Made by a program: the position numbers and the translations under genes. From Balanoglossus misakiensis (Eukaryota; Animalia; Hemichordata), in assembly GCA_040954595.2 (NCBI GenBank), contig CM082587.2, positions 10,173,403-10,237,402 on the forward strand: a stretch of DNA of 64,000 nucleotides, in the 5' to 3' direction. Below the pieces are notes generated by a model that was given only the letters and a program-made list of their open reading frames with translations, had not been told where the DNA came from and ran no database searches. How positions within the stretch are numbered: the first letter of the stretch is position 1; every line of letters starts with the position of its first letter. Of this stretch, positions 1 through 11,242 are shown in pieces.

Positions 1-696
1 AGTGTCCAGCTTACGTGAGTTCATAGTCGCAGAAACTCCAGCGGCTTTCAATTTTTGGTTTTTAAGTCCAATTTGGTGTATGATGTTAATATACCATTGG
101 GACCCTATGGGGTCGGTTACATCTGTATGTCATAAACGTCATTTTTTTAAAACAAAATTCATCTTTCAAGTGTTTTGCATAACATGCCAAGACAAACCCG
201 TTCCCTCCAATATAAGATAGGGACGGTAATTAATTGCAATAGGGGCCTAATAAACAGAGGATGGTCTAAAAGATATCGTTGGTGGTGCTATCCCGGACAG
301 CCAGGGTCACGATGGGGTCACGTACGTCTATGATACCGCAAACAAGTCAACTCCACGCTAAATTCAACCTGTCCGCCGGACTGGTAACTTTTTTACTATC
401 AGTCTGATGGAAAAACAACCAGTCTCGGACTGTCGGACAGGCGTTATTTCGAATAGTGTGTCTTGCATAACATACCAATATAGGCCTTAGATAGGGACGG
501 TCGATCGGCCACACAAATTATCAGGTCATTATTTCTCCACTTTAATATGGTCACTTTTTGTAGGATATAACAAGACAAAACCGCTCTCTCCCATATAAAT
601 TATAAGATCGGGTCGGTCAATCAGCTGGCCACGCACACAATTATCGTGCCGCGTGCTCTGTGTGTACGCCTATGTGTTAGTGAAGCTTCCGGTTGC

Positions 697-704
697 TTAA
701 TAAT
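697..704 (+). promoter_or_regulatory. TATA-like element at about -30 of the 5S gene (in nearly every unit)
   Basis: TTAATAAT at -30 to -23, a position common for metazoan 5S upstream elements. Confidence 0.4.
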
Positions 705-726
705 CGTAGAAATTCAAGCAGTGTTT

Positions 727-846
727 GCCTACGGCCATACCACGTCGAATACACCGGTTCTCGTCCGATCACCGAAGTTAAGCTGCGTTGGGCGTGGTTA
801 GTACTTGGATGGGTGACCGCCTGGGAATACCACGTGCCGTAGGCTT
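727..846 (+). rRNA. 5S rRNA: 5S rRNA gene
   Basis: 120-nt GCCTACGGCCATACC...GCCGTAGGCTT. Helix I pairs perfectly (nt 1-9 with 110-118). Box A AGTTAAGC and box C GGATGGGTGACC are present, followed by a T-run. Confidence 0.97.
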
Positions 847-849
847 GAA

Positions 850-854
850 TTTTT
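850..854 (+). terminator. Pol III terminator (T5), repeated in each unit
   Basis: TTTTT immediately downstream of the 5S 3' end. Confidence 0.75.
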
Positions 855-1776
855 CCTGTTTCTTAACTTTTGCATTAAACAGTCTTCCTTTTTGTCGTCG
901 TAAACGTCCATTTTTAATTATATTTTTTTTCTCCAAATTCTTTAATTCCATGATCATATATTTTTGTTGAACATAACTTCATAAACCGTTCTCTCCTGTA
1001 TAACTCTAAGCTATAGGCGCTCGATGGACAACATACAAATTACCAGGTCGGGCTCGGAGTGAGTAGTGTCCAGCTTACGTGAGTTCATAGTCGCAGAAAC
1101 TCCAGCGGCTTTCAATTTTTGGTTTTTAAGTCCAATTTGGTGTATGATGTTAATATACCATTGGGACCCTATGGGGTCGGTTACATCTGTATGTCATAAA
1201 CGTCATTTTTTTAAAACAAAATTCATCTTTCAAGTGTTTTGCATAACATGCCAAGACAAACCCGTTCCCTCCAATATAAGATAGGGACGGTAATTAATTG
1301 CAATAGGGGCCTAATAAACAGAGGATGGTCTAAAAGATATCGTTGGTGGTGCTATCCCGGACAGCCAGGGTCACGATGGGGTCACGTACGTCTATGATAC
1401 CGCAAACAAGTCAACTCCACGCTAAATTCAACCTGTCCGCCGGACTGGTAACTTTTTTACTATCAGTCTGATGGAAAAACAACCAGTCTCGGACTGTCGG
1501 ACAGGCGTTATTTCGAATAGTGTGTCTTGCATAACATACCAATATAGGCCTTAGATAGGGACGGTCGATCGGCCACACAAATTATCAGGTCATTATTTCT
1601 CCACTTTAATATGGTCACTTTTTGTAGGATATAACAAGACAAAACCGCTCTCTCCCATATAAATTATAAGATCGGGTCGGTCAATCAGCTGGCCACGCAC
1701 ACAATTATCGTGCCGCGTGCTCTGTGTGTACGCCTATGTGTTAGTGAAGCTTCCGTTTGCTTAATAATCGTAGAAA

Positions 1777-1801
1777 TGGGAATACCACGTGCCGTAGGCT
1801 T
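1777..1801 (+). pseudogene. 5S remnant (nt 96-120 only) left by a 109-bp deletion
   Basis: This unit is 955 bp instead of 1064 bp. The junction TAGAAAT|GGGAATACC removes the 5' flank and 5S nt 1-95. Confidence 0.93.
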
Positions 1802-2745
1802 GAATTTTTCCTGTTTCTTAACTTTTGCATTAAACAGTCTTCCTTTTTGTCGTCGTAAACGTCCATTTTTAATTATATTTTTTTTCTCCAAATTCTTTAA
1901 TTCCATGATCATATATTTTTGTTGAACATAACTTCATAAACCGTTCTCTCCTGTATAACTCTAAGCTATAGGCGCTCGATGGACAACATACAAATTACCA
2001 GGTCGGGCTCGGAGTGAGTAGTGTCCAGCTTACGTGAGTTCATAGTCGCAGAAACTCCAGCGGCTTTCAATTTTTGGTTTTTAAGTCCAATTTGGTGTAT
2101 GATGTTAATATACCATTGGGACCCTATGGGGTCGGTTACATCTGTATGTCATAAACGTCATTTTTTAAAAACAAAATTCATCTTTCAAGTGTTTTGCATA
2201 ACATGCCAAGACAAACACGTTCCCTCCAATATAAGATAGGGACGGTAATTAATTGCAATAGGGGCCTAATAAACAGAGGATGGTCTAAAAGATATCGTTG
2301 GTGGTGCTATCCCGGACAGCCAGGGTCACGATGGGGTCACGTACGTCTATGATACCGCAAACAAGTCAACTCCACGCTAAATTCAACCTGTCCGCCGGAC
2401 TGGTAACTTTTTTACTATCAGTCTGATGGAAAAACAACCAGTCTCGGACTGTCGGACAGGCGTTATTTCGAATAGTGTGTCTTGCATAACATACCAATAT
2501 AGGCCTTAGATAGGGACGGTCGATCGGCCACACAAATTATCAGGTCATTATTTCTCCACTTTAATATGGTCACTTTTTGTAGGATATAACAAGACAAAAC
2601 CGCTCTCTCCCATATAAATTATAAGATCGGGTCGGTCAATCAGCTGGCCACGCACACAATTATCGTGCCGCGTGCTCTGTGTGTACGCCTATGTGTTAGT
2701 GAAGCTTCCGTTTGCTAAATAATCGTAGAAATTCAAGCAGTGTTT

Positions 2746-2865
2746 GCCTACGGCCATACCACGTCGAATACACCGGTTCTCGTCCGATCACCGAAGTTAA
2801 GCTGCGTTGGGCGTGGTTAGTACTTGGATGGGTGACCGCCTGGGAATACCACGTGCCGTAGGCTT
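2746..2865 (+). rRNA. 5S rRNA: 5S rRNA gene
   Basis: Same sequence as 727-846. Confidence 0.97.
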
Positions 2866-3809
2866 GAATTTTTCCTGTTTCTTAACTTTTGCATTAAACA
2901 GTCTTCCTTTTTGTCGTCGTAAACGTCCATTTTTAGTTATATTTTTTTTCTCCAAATTCTTTAATTCCATGATCATATATTTTTGTTGAACATAACTTCA
3001 TAAACCGTTCTCTCCTGTATAACTCTAAGCTATAGGCGCTCGATGGACAACATACAAATTACCAGGTCGGGCTCGGAGTGAGTAGTGTCCAGCTTACGTG
3101 AGTTCATAGTCGCAGAAACTCCAGCGGCTTTCAATTTTTGGTTTTTAAGTCCAATTTGGTGTATGATGTTAATATACCATTGGGACCCTATGGGGTCGGT
3201 TACATCTGTATGTCATAAACGTCATTTTTTTAAAACAAAATTCATCTTTCAAGTGTTTTGCATAACATGCCAAGACAAACCCGTTCCCTCCAATATAAGA
3301 TAGGGACGGTAATTAATTGCAATAGGGGCCTAATAAACAGAGGATGGTCTAAAAGATATCGTTGGTGGTGCTATCCCGGACAGCCAGGGTCACGATGGGG
3401 TCACGTACGTCTATGATACCGCAAACAAGTCAACTCCACGCTAAATTCAACCTGTCCGCCGGACTGGTAACTTTTTTACTATCAGTCTGATGGAAAAACA
3501 ACCAGTCTCGGACTGTCGGACAGGCGTTATTTCGAATAGTGTGTCTTGCATAACATACCAATATAGGCCTTAGATAGGGACGGTCGATCGGCCACACAAA
3601 TTATCAGGTCATTATTTCTCCACTTTAATATGGTCACTTTTTGTAGGATATAACAAGACAAAACCGCTCTCTCCCATATAAATTATAAGATCGGGTCGGT
3701 CGATCAGCTGGCCACGCACACAATTATCGTGCCGCGTGCTCTGTGTGTACGCCTATGTGTTAGTGAAGCTTCCGTTTGCTTAATAATCGTAGAAATTCAA
3801 GCAGTGTTT

Positions 3810-3929
3810 GCCTACGGCCATACCACGTCGAATACACCGGTTCTCGTCCGATCACCGAAGTTAAGCTGCGTTGGGCGTGGTTAGTACTTGGATGGGTGAC
3901 CGCCTGGGAATACCACGTGCCGTAGGCTT
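3810..3929 (+). rRNA. 5S rRNA: 5S rRNA gene
   Basis: Same sequence as 727-846. Confidence 0.97.
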
Positions 3930-4873
3930 GAATTTTTCCTGTTTCTTAACTTTTGCATTAAACAGTCTTCCTTTTTGTCGTCGTAAACGTCCATTTTTAA
4001 TTATATTTTTTTTCTCCAAATTCTTTAATTCCATGATCATATATTTTTGTTGAACATAACTTCATAAAACGTTCTCTCCTGTATAACTCTAAGCTATAGG
4101 CGCTCGATGGACAACATACAAATTACCAGGTCGGGCTCGGAGTGAGTAGTGTCCAGCTTACGTGAGTTCATAGTCGCAGAAACTCCAGCGGCTTTCAATT
4201 TTTGGTTTTTAAGTCCAATTTGGTGTATGATGTTAATATACCATTGGGACCCTATGGGGTCGGTTACATCTGTATGTCATAAACGTCATTTTTTTAAAAC
4301 AAAATTCATCTTTCAAGTGTTTTGCATAACATGCCAAGACAAACCCGTTCCCTCCAATATAAGATAGGGACGGTAATTAATTGCAATAGGGGCCTAATAA
4401 ACAGAGGATGGTCTAAAAGATATCGTTGGTGGTGCTATCCCGGACAGCCAGGGTCACGATGGGGTCACGTACGTCTATGATACCGCAAACAAGTCAACTC
4501 CACGCTAAATTCAACCTGTCCGCCGGACTGGTAACTTTTTTACTATCAGTCTGATGGAAAAACAACCAGTCTCGGACTGTCGGACAGGCGTTATTTCGAA
4601 TAGTGTGTCTTGCATAACATACCAATATAGGCCTTAGATAGGGACGGTCGATCGGCCACACAAATTATCAGGTCATTATTTCTCCACTTTAATATGGTCA
4701 CTTTTTGTAGGATATAACAAGACAAAACCGCTCTCTCCCATATAAATTATAAGATCGGGTCGGTCGTTCAGCTGGCCACGCACACAATTATCGTGCCGCG
4801 TGCTCTGTGTGTACGCCTATGTGTTAGTGAAGCTTCCGTTTGCTTAATAATCGTAGAAATTCAAGCAGTGTTT

Positions 4874-4993
4874 GCCTACGGCCATACCACGTCGAATACA
4901 CCGGTTCTCGTCCGATCACCGAAGTTAAGCTGCGTTGGGCGTGGTTAGTACTTGGATGGGTGACCGCCTGGGAATACCACGTGCCGTAGGCTT
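4874..4993 (+). rRNA. 5S rRNA: 5S rRNA gene
   Basis: Same sequence as 727-846. Confidence 0.97.
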
Positions 4994-5937
4994 GAATTTT
5001 TCCTGTTTCTTAACTTTTGCATTAAACAGTCTTCCTTTTTGTCGTCGTAAACGTCCATTTTTAATTATATTTTTTTTCTCCAAATTCTTTAATTCCATGA
5101 TCATATATTTTTGTTGAACATAACTTCATAAACCGTTCTCTCCTGTATAACTCTAAGCTATAGGCGCTCGATGGACAACATACAAATTACCAGGTCGGGC
5201 TCGGAGTGAGTAGTGTCCAGCTTACGTGAGTTCATAGTCGCAGAAACTCCAGCGGCTTTCAATTTTTGGTTTTTAAGTCCAATTTGGTGTATGATGTTAA
5301 TATACCATTGGGACCCTATGGGGTCGGTTACATCTGTATGTCATAAACGTCATTTTTTTAAAACAAAATTCATCTTTCAAGTGTTTTGCATAACATGCCA
5401 AGACAAACCCGTTCCCTCCAATATAAGATAGGGACGGTAATTAATTGCAATAGGGGCCTAATAAACAGAGGATGGTCTAAAAGATATCGTTGGTGGTGCT
5501 ATCCCGGACAGCCAGGGTCACGATGGGGTCACGTACGTTTATGATACCGCAAACAAGTCAACTCCACGCTAAATTCAACCTGTCCGCCGGACTGGTAACT
5601 TTTTTACTATCAGTCTGATGGAAAAACAACCAGTCTCGGACTGTCGGACAGGCGTTATTTCGAATAGTGTGTCTTGCATAACATACCAATATAGGCCTTA
5701 GATAGGGACGGTCGATCGGCCACACAAATTATCAGGTCATTATTTCTCCACTTTAATATGGTCACTTTTTGTAGGATATAACAAGACAAAACCGCTCTCT
5801 CCCATATAAATTATAAGATCGGGTCGGTCAATCAGCTGGCCACGCACACAATTATCGTGCCGCGTGCTCTGTGTGTACGCCTATGTGTTAGTGAAGCTTC
5901 CGGTTGCTTAATAATCGTAGAAATTCAAGCAGTGTTT

Positions 5938-6057
5938 GCCTACGGCCATACCACGTCGAATACACCGGTTCTCGTCCGATCACCGAAGTTAAGCTGCGTT
6001 GGGCGTGGTTAGTACTTGGATGGGTGACCGCCTGGGAATACCACGTGCCGTAGGCTT
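5938..6057 (+). rRNA. 5S rRNA: 5S rRNA gene
   Basis: Same sequence as 727-846. Confidence 0.97.
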
Positions 6058-7001
6058 GAATTTTTCCTGTTTCTTAACTTTTGCATTAAACAGTCTTCCT
6101 TTTTGTCGTCGTAAACGTCCATTTTTAATTATATTTTTTTTCTCCAAATTCTTTAATTCCATGATCATATATTTTTGTTGAACATAACTTCATAAACCGT
6201 TCTCTCCTGTATAACTCTAAGCTATAGGCGCTCGATGGACAACATACAAATTACCAGGTCGGGCTCGGAGTGAGTAGTGTCCAGCTTACGTGAGTTCATA
6301 GTCGCAGAAACTCCAGCGGCTTTCAATTTTTGGTTTTTAAGTCCAATTTGGTGTATGATGTTAATATACCATTGGGACCCTATGGGGTCGGTTACATCTG
6401 TATGTCATAAACGTCATTTTTTTAAAACAAAATTCATCTTTCAAGTGTTTTGCATAACATGCCAAGACAAACCCGTTCCCTCCAATATAAGATAGGGACG
6501 GTAATTAATTGCAATAGGGGCCTAATAAACAGAGGATGGTCTAAAAGATATCGTTGGTGGTGCTATCCCGGACAGCCAGGGTCACGATGGGGTCACGTAC
6601 GTTTATGATACCGCAAACAAGTCAACTCCACGCTAAATTCAACCTGTCCGCCGGACTGGTAACTTTTTTACTATCAGTCTGATGGAAAAACAACCAGTCT
6701 CGGACTGTCGGACAGGCGTTATTTCGAATAGTGTGTCTTGCATAACATACCAATATAGGCCTTAGATAGGGACGGTCGATCGGCCACACAAATTATCAGG
6801 TCATTATTTCTCCACTTTAATATGGTCACTTTTTGTAGGATATAACAAGACAAAACCGCTCTCTCCCATATAAATTATAAGATCGGGTCGGTCAATCAGC
6901 TGGCCACGCACACAATTATCGTGCCGCGTGCTCTGTGTGTACGCCTATGTGTTAGTGAAGCTTCCGGTTGCTTAATAATCGTAGAAATTCAAGCAGTGTT
7001 T

Positions 7002-7121
7002 GCCTACGGCCATACCACGTCGAATACACCGGTTCTCGTCCGATCACCGAAGTTAAGCTGCGTTGGGCGTGGTTAGTACTTGGATGGGTGACCGCCTGGG
7101 AATACCACGTGCCGTAGGCTT
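7002..7121 (+). rRNA. 5S rRNA: 5S rRNA gene
   Basis: Same sequence as 727-846. Confidence 0.97.
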
Positions 7122-8065
7122 GAATTTTTCCTGTTTCTTAACTTTTGCATTAAACAGTCTTCCTTTTTGTCGTCGTAAACGTCCATTTTTAATTATATTT
7201 TTTTTCTCCAAATTCTTTAATTCCATGATCATATATTTTTGTTGAACATAACTTCATAAACCGTTCTCTCCTGTATAACTCTAAGCTATAGGCGCTCGAT
7301 GGACAACATACAAATTACCAGGTCGGGCTCGGAGTGAGTAGTGTCCAGCTTACGTGAGTTCATAGTCGCAGAAACTCCAGCGGCTTTCAATTTTTGGTTT
7401 TTAAGTCCAATTTGGTGTATGATGTTAATATACCATTGGGACCCTATGGGGTCGGTTACATCTGTATGTCATAAACGTCATTTTTTTAAAACAAAATTCA
7501 TCTTTCAAGTGTTTTGCATAACATGCCAAGACAAACCCGTTCCCTCCAATATAAGATAGGGACGGTAATTAATTGCAATAGGGGCCTAATAAACAGAGGA
7601 TGGTCTAAAAGATATCGTTGGTGGTGCTATCCCGGACAGCCAGGGTCACGATGGGGTCACGTACGTTTATGATACCGCAAACAAGTCAACTCCACGCTAA
7701 ATTCAACCTGTCCGCCGGACTGGTAACTTTTTTACTATCAGTCTGATGGAAAAACAACCAGTCTCGGACTGTCGGACAGGCGTTATTTCGAATAGTGTGT
7801 CTTGCATAACATACCAATATAGGCCTTAGATAGGGACGGTCGATCGGCCACACAAATTATCAGGTCATTATTTCTCCACTTTAATATGGTCACTTTTTGT
7901 AGGATATAACAAGACAAAACCGCTCTCTCCCATATAAATTATAAGATCGGGTCGGTCAATCAGCTGGCCACGCACACAATTATCGTGCCGCGTGCTCTGT
8001 GTGTACGCCTATGTGTTAGTGAAGCTTCCGGTTGCTTAATAATCGTAGAAATTCAAGCAGTGTTT

Positions 8066-8185
8066 GCCTACGGCCATACCACGTCGAATACACCGGTTCT
8101 CGTCCGATCACCGAAGTTAAGCTGCGTTGGGCGTGGTTAGTACTTGGATGGGTGACCGCCTGGGAATACCACGTGCCGTAGGCTT
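8066..8185 (+). rRNA. 5S rRNA: 5S rRNA gene
   Basis: Same sequence as 727-846. Confidence 0.97.
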
Positions 8186-9129
8186 GAATTTTTCCTGTTT
8201 CTTAACTTTTGCATTAAACAGTCTTCCTTTTTGTCGTCGTAAACGTCCATTTTTAATTATATTTTTTTTCTCCAAATTCTTTAATTCCATGATCATATAT
8301 TTTTGTTGAACATAACTTCATAAACCGTTCTCTCCTGTATAACTCTAAGCTATAGGCGCTCGATGGACAACATACAAATTACCAGGTCGGGCTCGGAGTG
8401 AGTAGTGTCCAGCTTACGTGAGTTCATAGTCGCAGAAACTCCAGCGGCTTTCAATTTTTGGTTTTTAAGTCCAATTTGGTGTATGATGTTAATATACCAT
8501 TGGGACCCTATGGGGTCGGTTACATCTGTATGTCATAAACGTCATTTTTTTAAAACAAAATTCATCTTTCAAGTGTTTTGCATAACATGCCAAGACAAAC
8601 CCGTTCCCTCCAATATAAGATAGGGACGGTAATTAATTGCAATAGGGGCCTAATAAACAGAGGATGGTCTAAAAGATATCGTTGGTGGTGCTATCCCGGA
8701 CAGCCAGGGTCACGATGGGGTCACGTACGTTTATGATACCGCAAACAAGTCAACTCCATGCTAAATTCAACCTGTCCGCCGGACTGGTAACTTTTTTACT
8801 ATCAGTCTGATGGAAAAACAACCAGTCTCGGACTGTCGGACAGGCGTTATTTCGAATAGTGTGTCTTGCATAACATACCAATATAGGCCTTAGATAGGGA
8901 CGGTCGATCGGCCACACAAATTATCAGGTCATTATTTCTCCACTTTAATATGGTCACTTTTTGTAGGATATAACAAGACAAAACCGCTCTCTCCCATATA
9001 AATTATAAGATCGGGTCGGTCAATCAGCTGGCCACGCACACAATTATCGTGCCGCGTGCTCTGTGTGTACGCCTATGTGTTAGTGAAGCTTCCGGTTGCT
9101 TAATAATCGTAGAAATTCAAGCAGTGTTT

Positions 9130-9249
9130 GCCTACGGCCATACCACGTCGAATACACCGGTTCTCGTCCGATCACCGAAGTTAAGCTGCGTTGGGCGTGG
9201 TTAGTACTTGGATGGGTGACCGCCTGGGAATACCACGTGCCGTAGGCTT
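9130..9249 (+). rRNA. 5S rRNA: 5S rRNA gene (last of the array)
   Basis: Same sequence as 727-846. Confidence 0.97.
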
Positions 9250-10031
9250 GAATTTTTCCTGTTTCTTAACTTTTGCATTAAACAGTCTTCCTTTTTGTCG
9301 TCGTAAACGTCCATTTTTAATTATATTTTTTTTCTCCAAATTCTTTAATTCCATGATCATATATTTTTGTTGAACATAACTTCATAAACCGTTCTCTCCT
9401 GTATAACTCTAAGCTATAGGCGCTCGATGGACAACATACAAATTACCAGGTCGGGCTCGGAGTGAGTAGTGTCCAGCTTACGTTGAGTTCATAGTCGCAG
9501 AAACTCCAGCGGCTTTCAATTTTTGGTTTTTAAGTCCAATTTGGTGTATGATGTAAATATATATCATTGGGACCTTATGGGGTCGATTACATCTGTATGT
9601 CATAAACGTCATTTTTTTAAAAAAAAATTCATCTTTCAAGTGTTTTGCATAACATGCCAAGACAAACCCGTTCCCTCCAATATAAGATAGGGACGGTAAT
9701 TAATTGCAATAGGGGGCTAATAAACAGAGGATGGTCTAAAAGATATGACTGTTATATTCGTTTTCCAACGATGATGAATTTACATGTTATTTGCTTGGCA
9801 TTTTGACGCAGAGACACTTCTGAAAACCCAAACCTATTAATTATGTCACGGGTGTAAATTGATCACATTAAAAGAGGCTTTAGACGTTTGCCGCGAGCTC
9901 CTGGTGGGCAGCATCTTGTCAGCCCAAATTTGACTAGTACATAGCCAATTATATGACGCTCTCCCACATCATTCGCCGCGCCTTTTCGCTGATTTACGGC
10001 ATCTTGCGTAAACACTGTCATTTGATCTTGC

Positions 10032-10421
10032 TTGGCAGAAGTCAACTTGCTCTATACTTCGGCCAAGCTCAACGGCATCTCAGCTAACGCCAAGGAGCGT
10101 TTGAGCGGCATCCTCGCCAGAAGGAGTCGCGTTTCCGGCGACTGTGTGCTCTGGACGGGTGCAGCTTGTCGTAACGGCTATGGCTCAATTACGTTCAAAG
10201 ATGAGAACACTCTAACCGCCTATGTCCAGCACATTGCACTCCTAATTAACGGGGTGCAATTGGTGGGCAGGCAGTTGGAGTGTTCTCATCTTTGCAACGA
10301 AAAGCTATGCATCCGCCCAGAGCACATTGTCCAGGAAACACGACTCCAAAACATTTCACGAAAGACGTGCTTTCGCTCCCCAAAAGGGGAGTGTCACCAC
10401 GAACCCAGGTGCCTAAGGTGA
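10032..10421 (+). CDS. His-Me finger / His-Cys box homing-endonuclease-like protein (zf-His_Me_endon, I-PpoI-like). No AUG in the frame; probably an exon at about 10039-10417
   Basis: Motifs DCVLWTGA..NGYG, SHLC-x4-C-x4-H-x3-E-x4-N-x2-R-x2-C and C-x-H-x3-CLR. Flanked by a TTGGCAG acceptor and an AG|GTGAGT donor. Confidence 0.85.
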   Translation: MAEVNLLYTSAKLNGISANAKERLSGILARRSRVSGDCVLWTGAACRNGYGSITFKDENTLTAYVQHIALLINGVQLVGRQLECSHLCNEKLCIRPEHIVQETRLQNISRKTCFRSPKGECHHEPRCLR

Positions 10422-11242
10422 GTAATCATCTTCTCATTTGATATGTATTGTGTGACCCTGCAGTTGAAACGCTTTCATCAATAATTTGCGGCGCGTGGGT
10501 AATCTCAGTGTTATTGACAATGCAGCCGGCCCAAACATTTTAAAATTAACACTGTTTCTGACTGTATTAACGAAATGTCCAATTTGAAAGTAGCCTATAG
10601 ACAACCCTTTTGAATGAGTTTTGTCTCGTTGAGATTTTATTCATAAGGAACAATCTAGATTTATTTTAGAAGACACTGTTCTTTTAAAACAGCTAGCATA
10701 ATACAGCTGTGAAGAGATCACCACTGAGGGTTGGAAGGCCTTGCCAGAAATTAACGCGTAAAGTACGCCCTCACAGGCCATGTAAACAGGGGGGGGGGGT
10801 CAAATAAGGCCGTCTGGCAAACGAATGATTAATTCAACGCGCCATGTGAGCTGAGCTGAGTTGGTCAGAGTTGCGTATCACACAGACTTAGGCTGAATTT
10901 CAGTGGAGTAACCAGTCCGTTTTAGATTTACCAATGATGTCAATTTCATTTCTTCACCCAGAAAAACAGTACACAACTTGTCTGCAACATGATGCTGACA
11001 CATATGCCAGAGAAGTGGATCCGCGTTGTCAACACAGATGCCAGCATTCAAAAGGGGAGTGCCACCTGCTGAAATCAACTCATCTGCTGTGGGCCTGTTT
11101 ATCTGTGGCAACTGTTCAGAGGAGACAACGTTTATTCCCAGCAAGCCACCACGCAATGTTGTGGTCTACCTGTCAACACAGATGCCATCATTCATGTGAG
11201 TGAGAACCATGCTAAAATCTGAGTACTTTCTTCAATTTCAAG

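Larger units (their letters stand above)
1..9746 (+). repeat. Tandem 5S rDNA array, 1064-bp unit, about 9.2 units visible; continues off the left edge
   Basis: Near-identical repeats at offsets 2, 1066, 2021 (955-bp unit), 3085, 4149, 5213, 6277, 7341 and 8405. Similarity stops at ...GGTCTAAAAGATAT (9746). Confidence 0.98.

Noticed and set aside
1032-1050. U1 snRNA 5' end look-alike (ATTACCAGG)
   Set aside because: It belongs to the spacer subrepeat. The distance to the Sm site is too short and the U1 loop motifs are absent.
2-9373. Repeated 72-aa and 60-aa ORFs
   Set aside because: They start on GTG or TTG, overlap the 5S gene or spacer, show no domain, and are identical only because the DNA is tandemly repeated.
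1-9746. CRISPR-like array
   Set aside because: The spacers are identical and about 1 kb long, and the repeat is a 5S gene in eukaryotic DNA.
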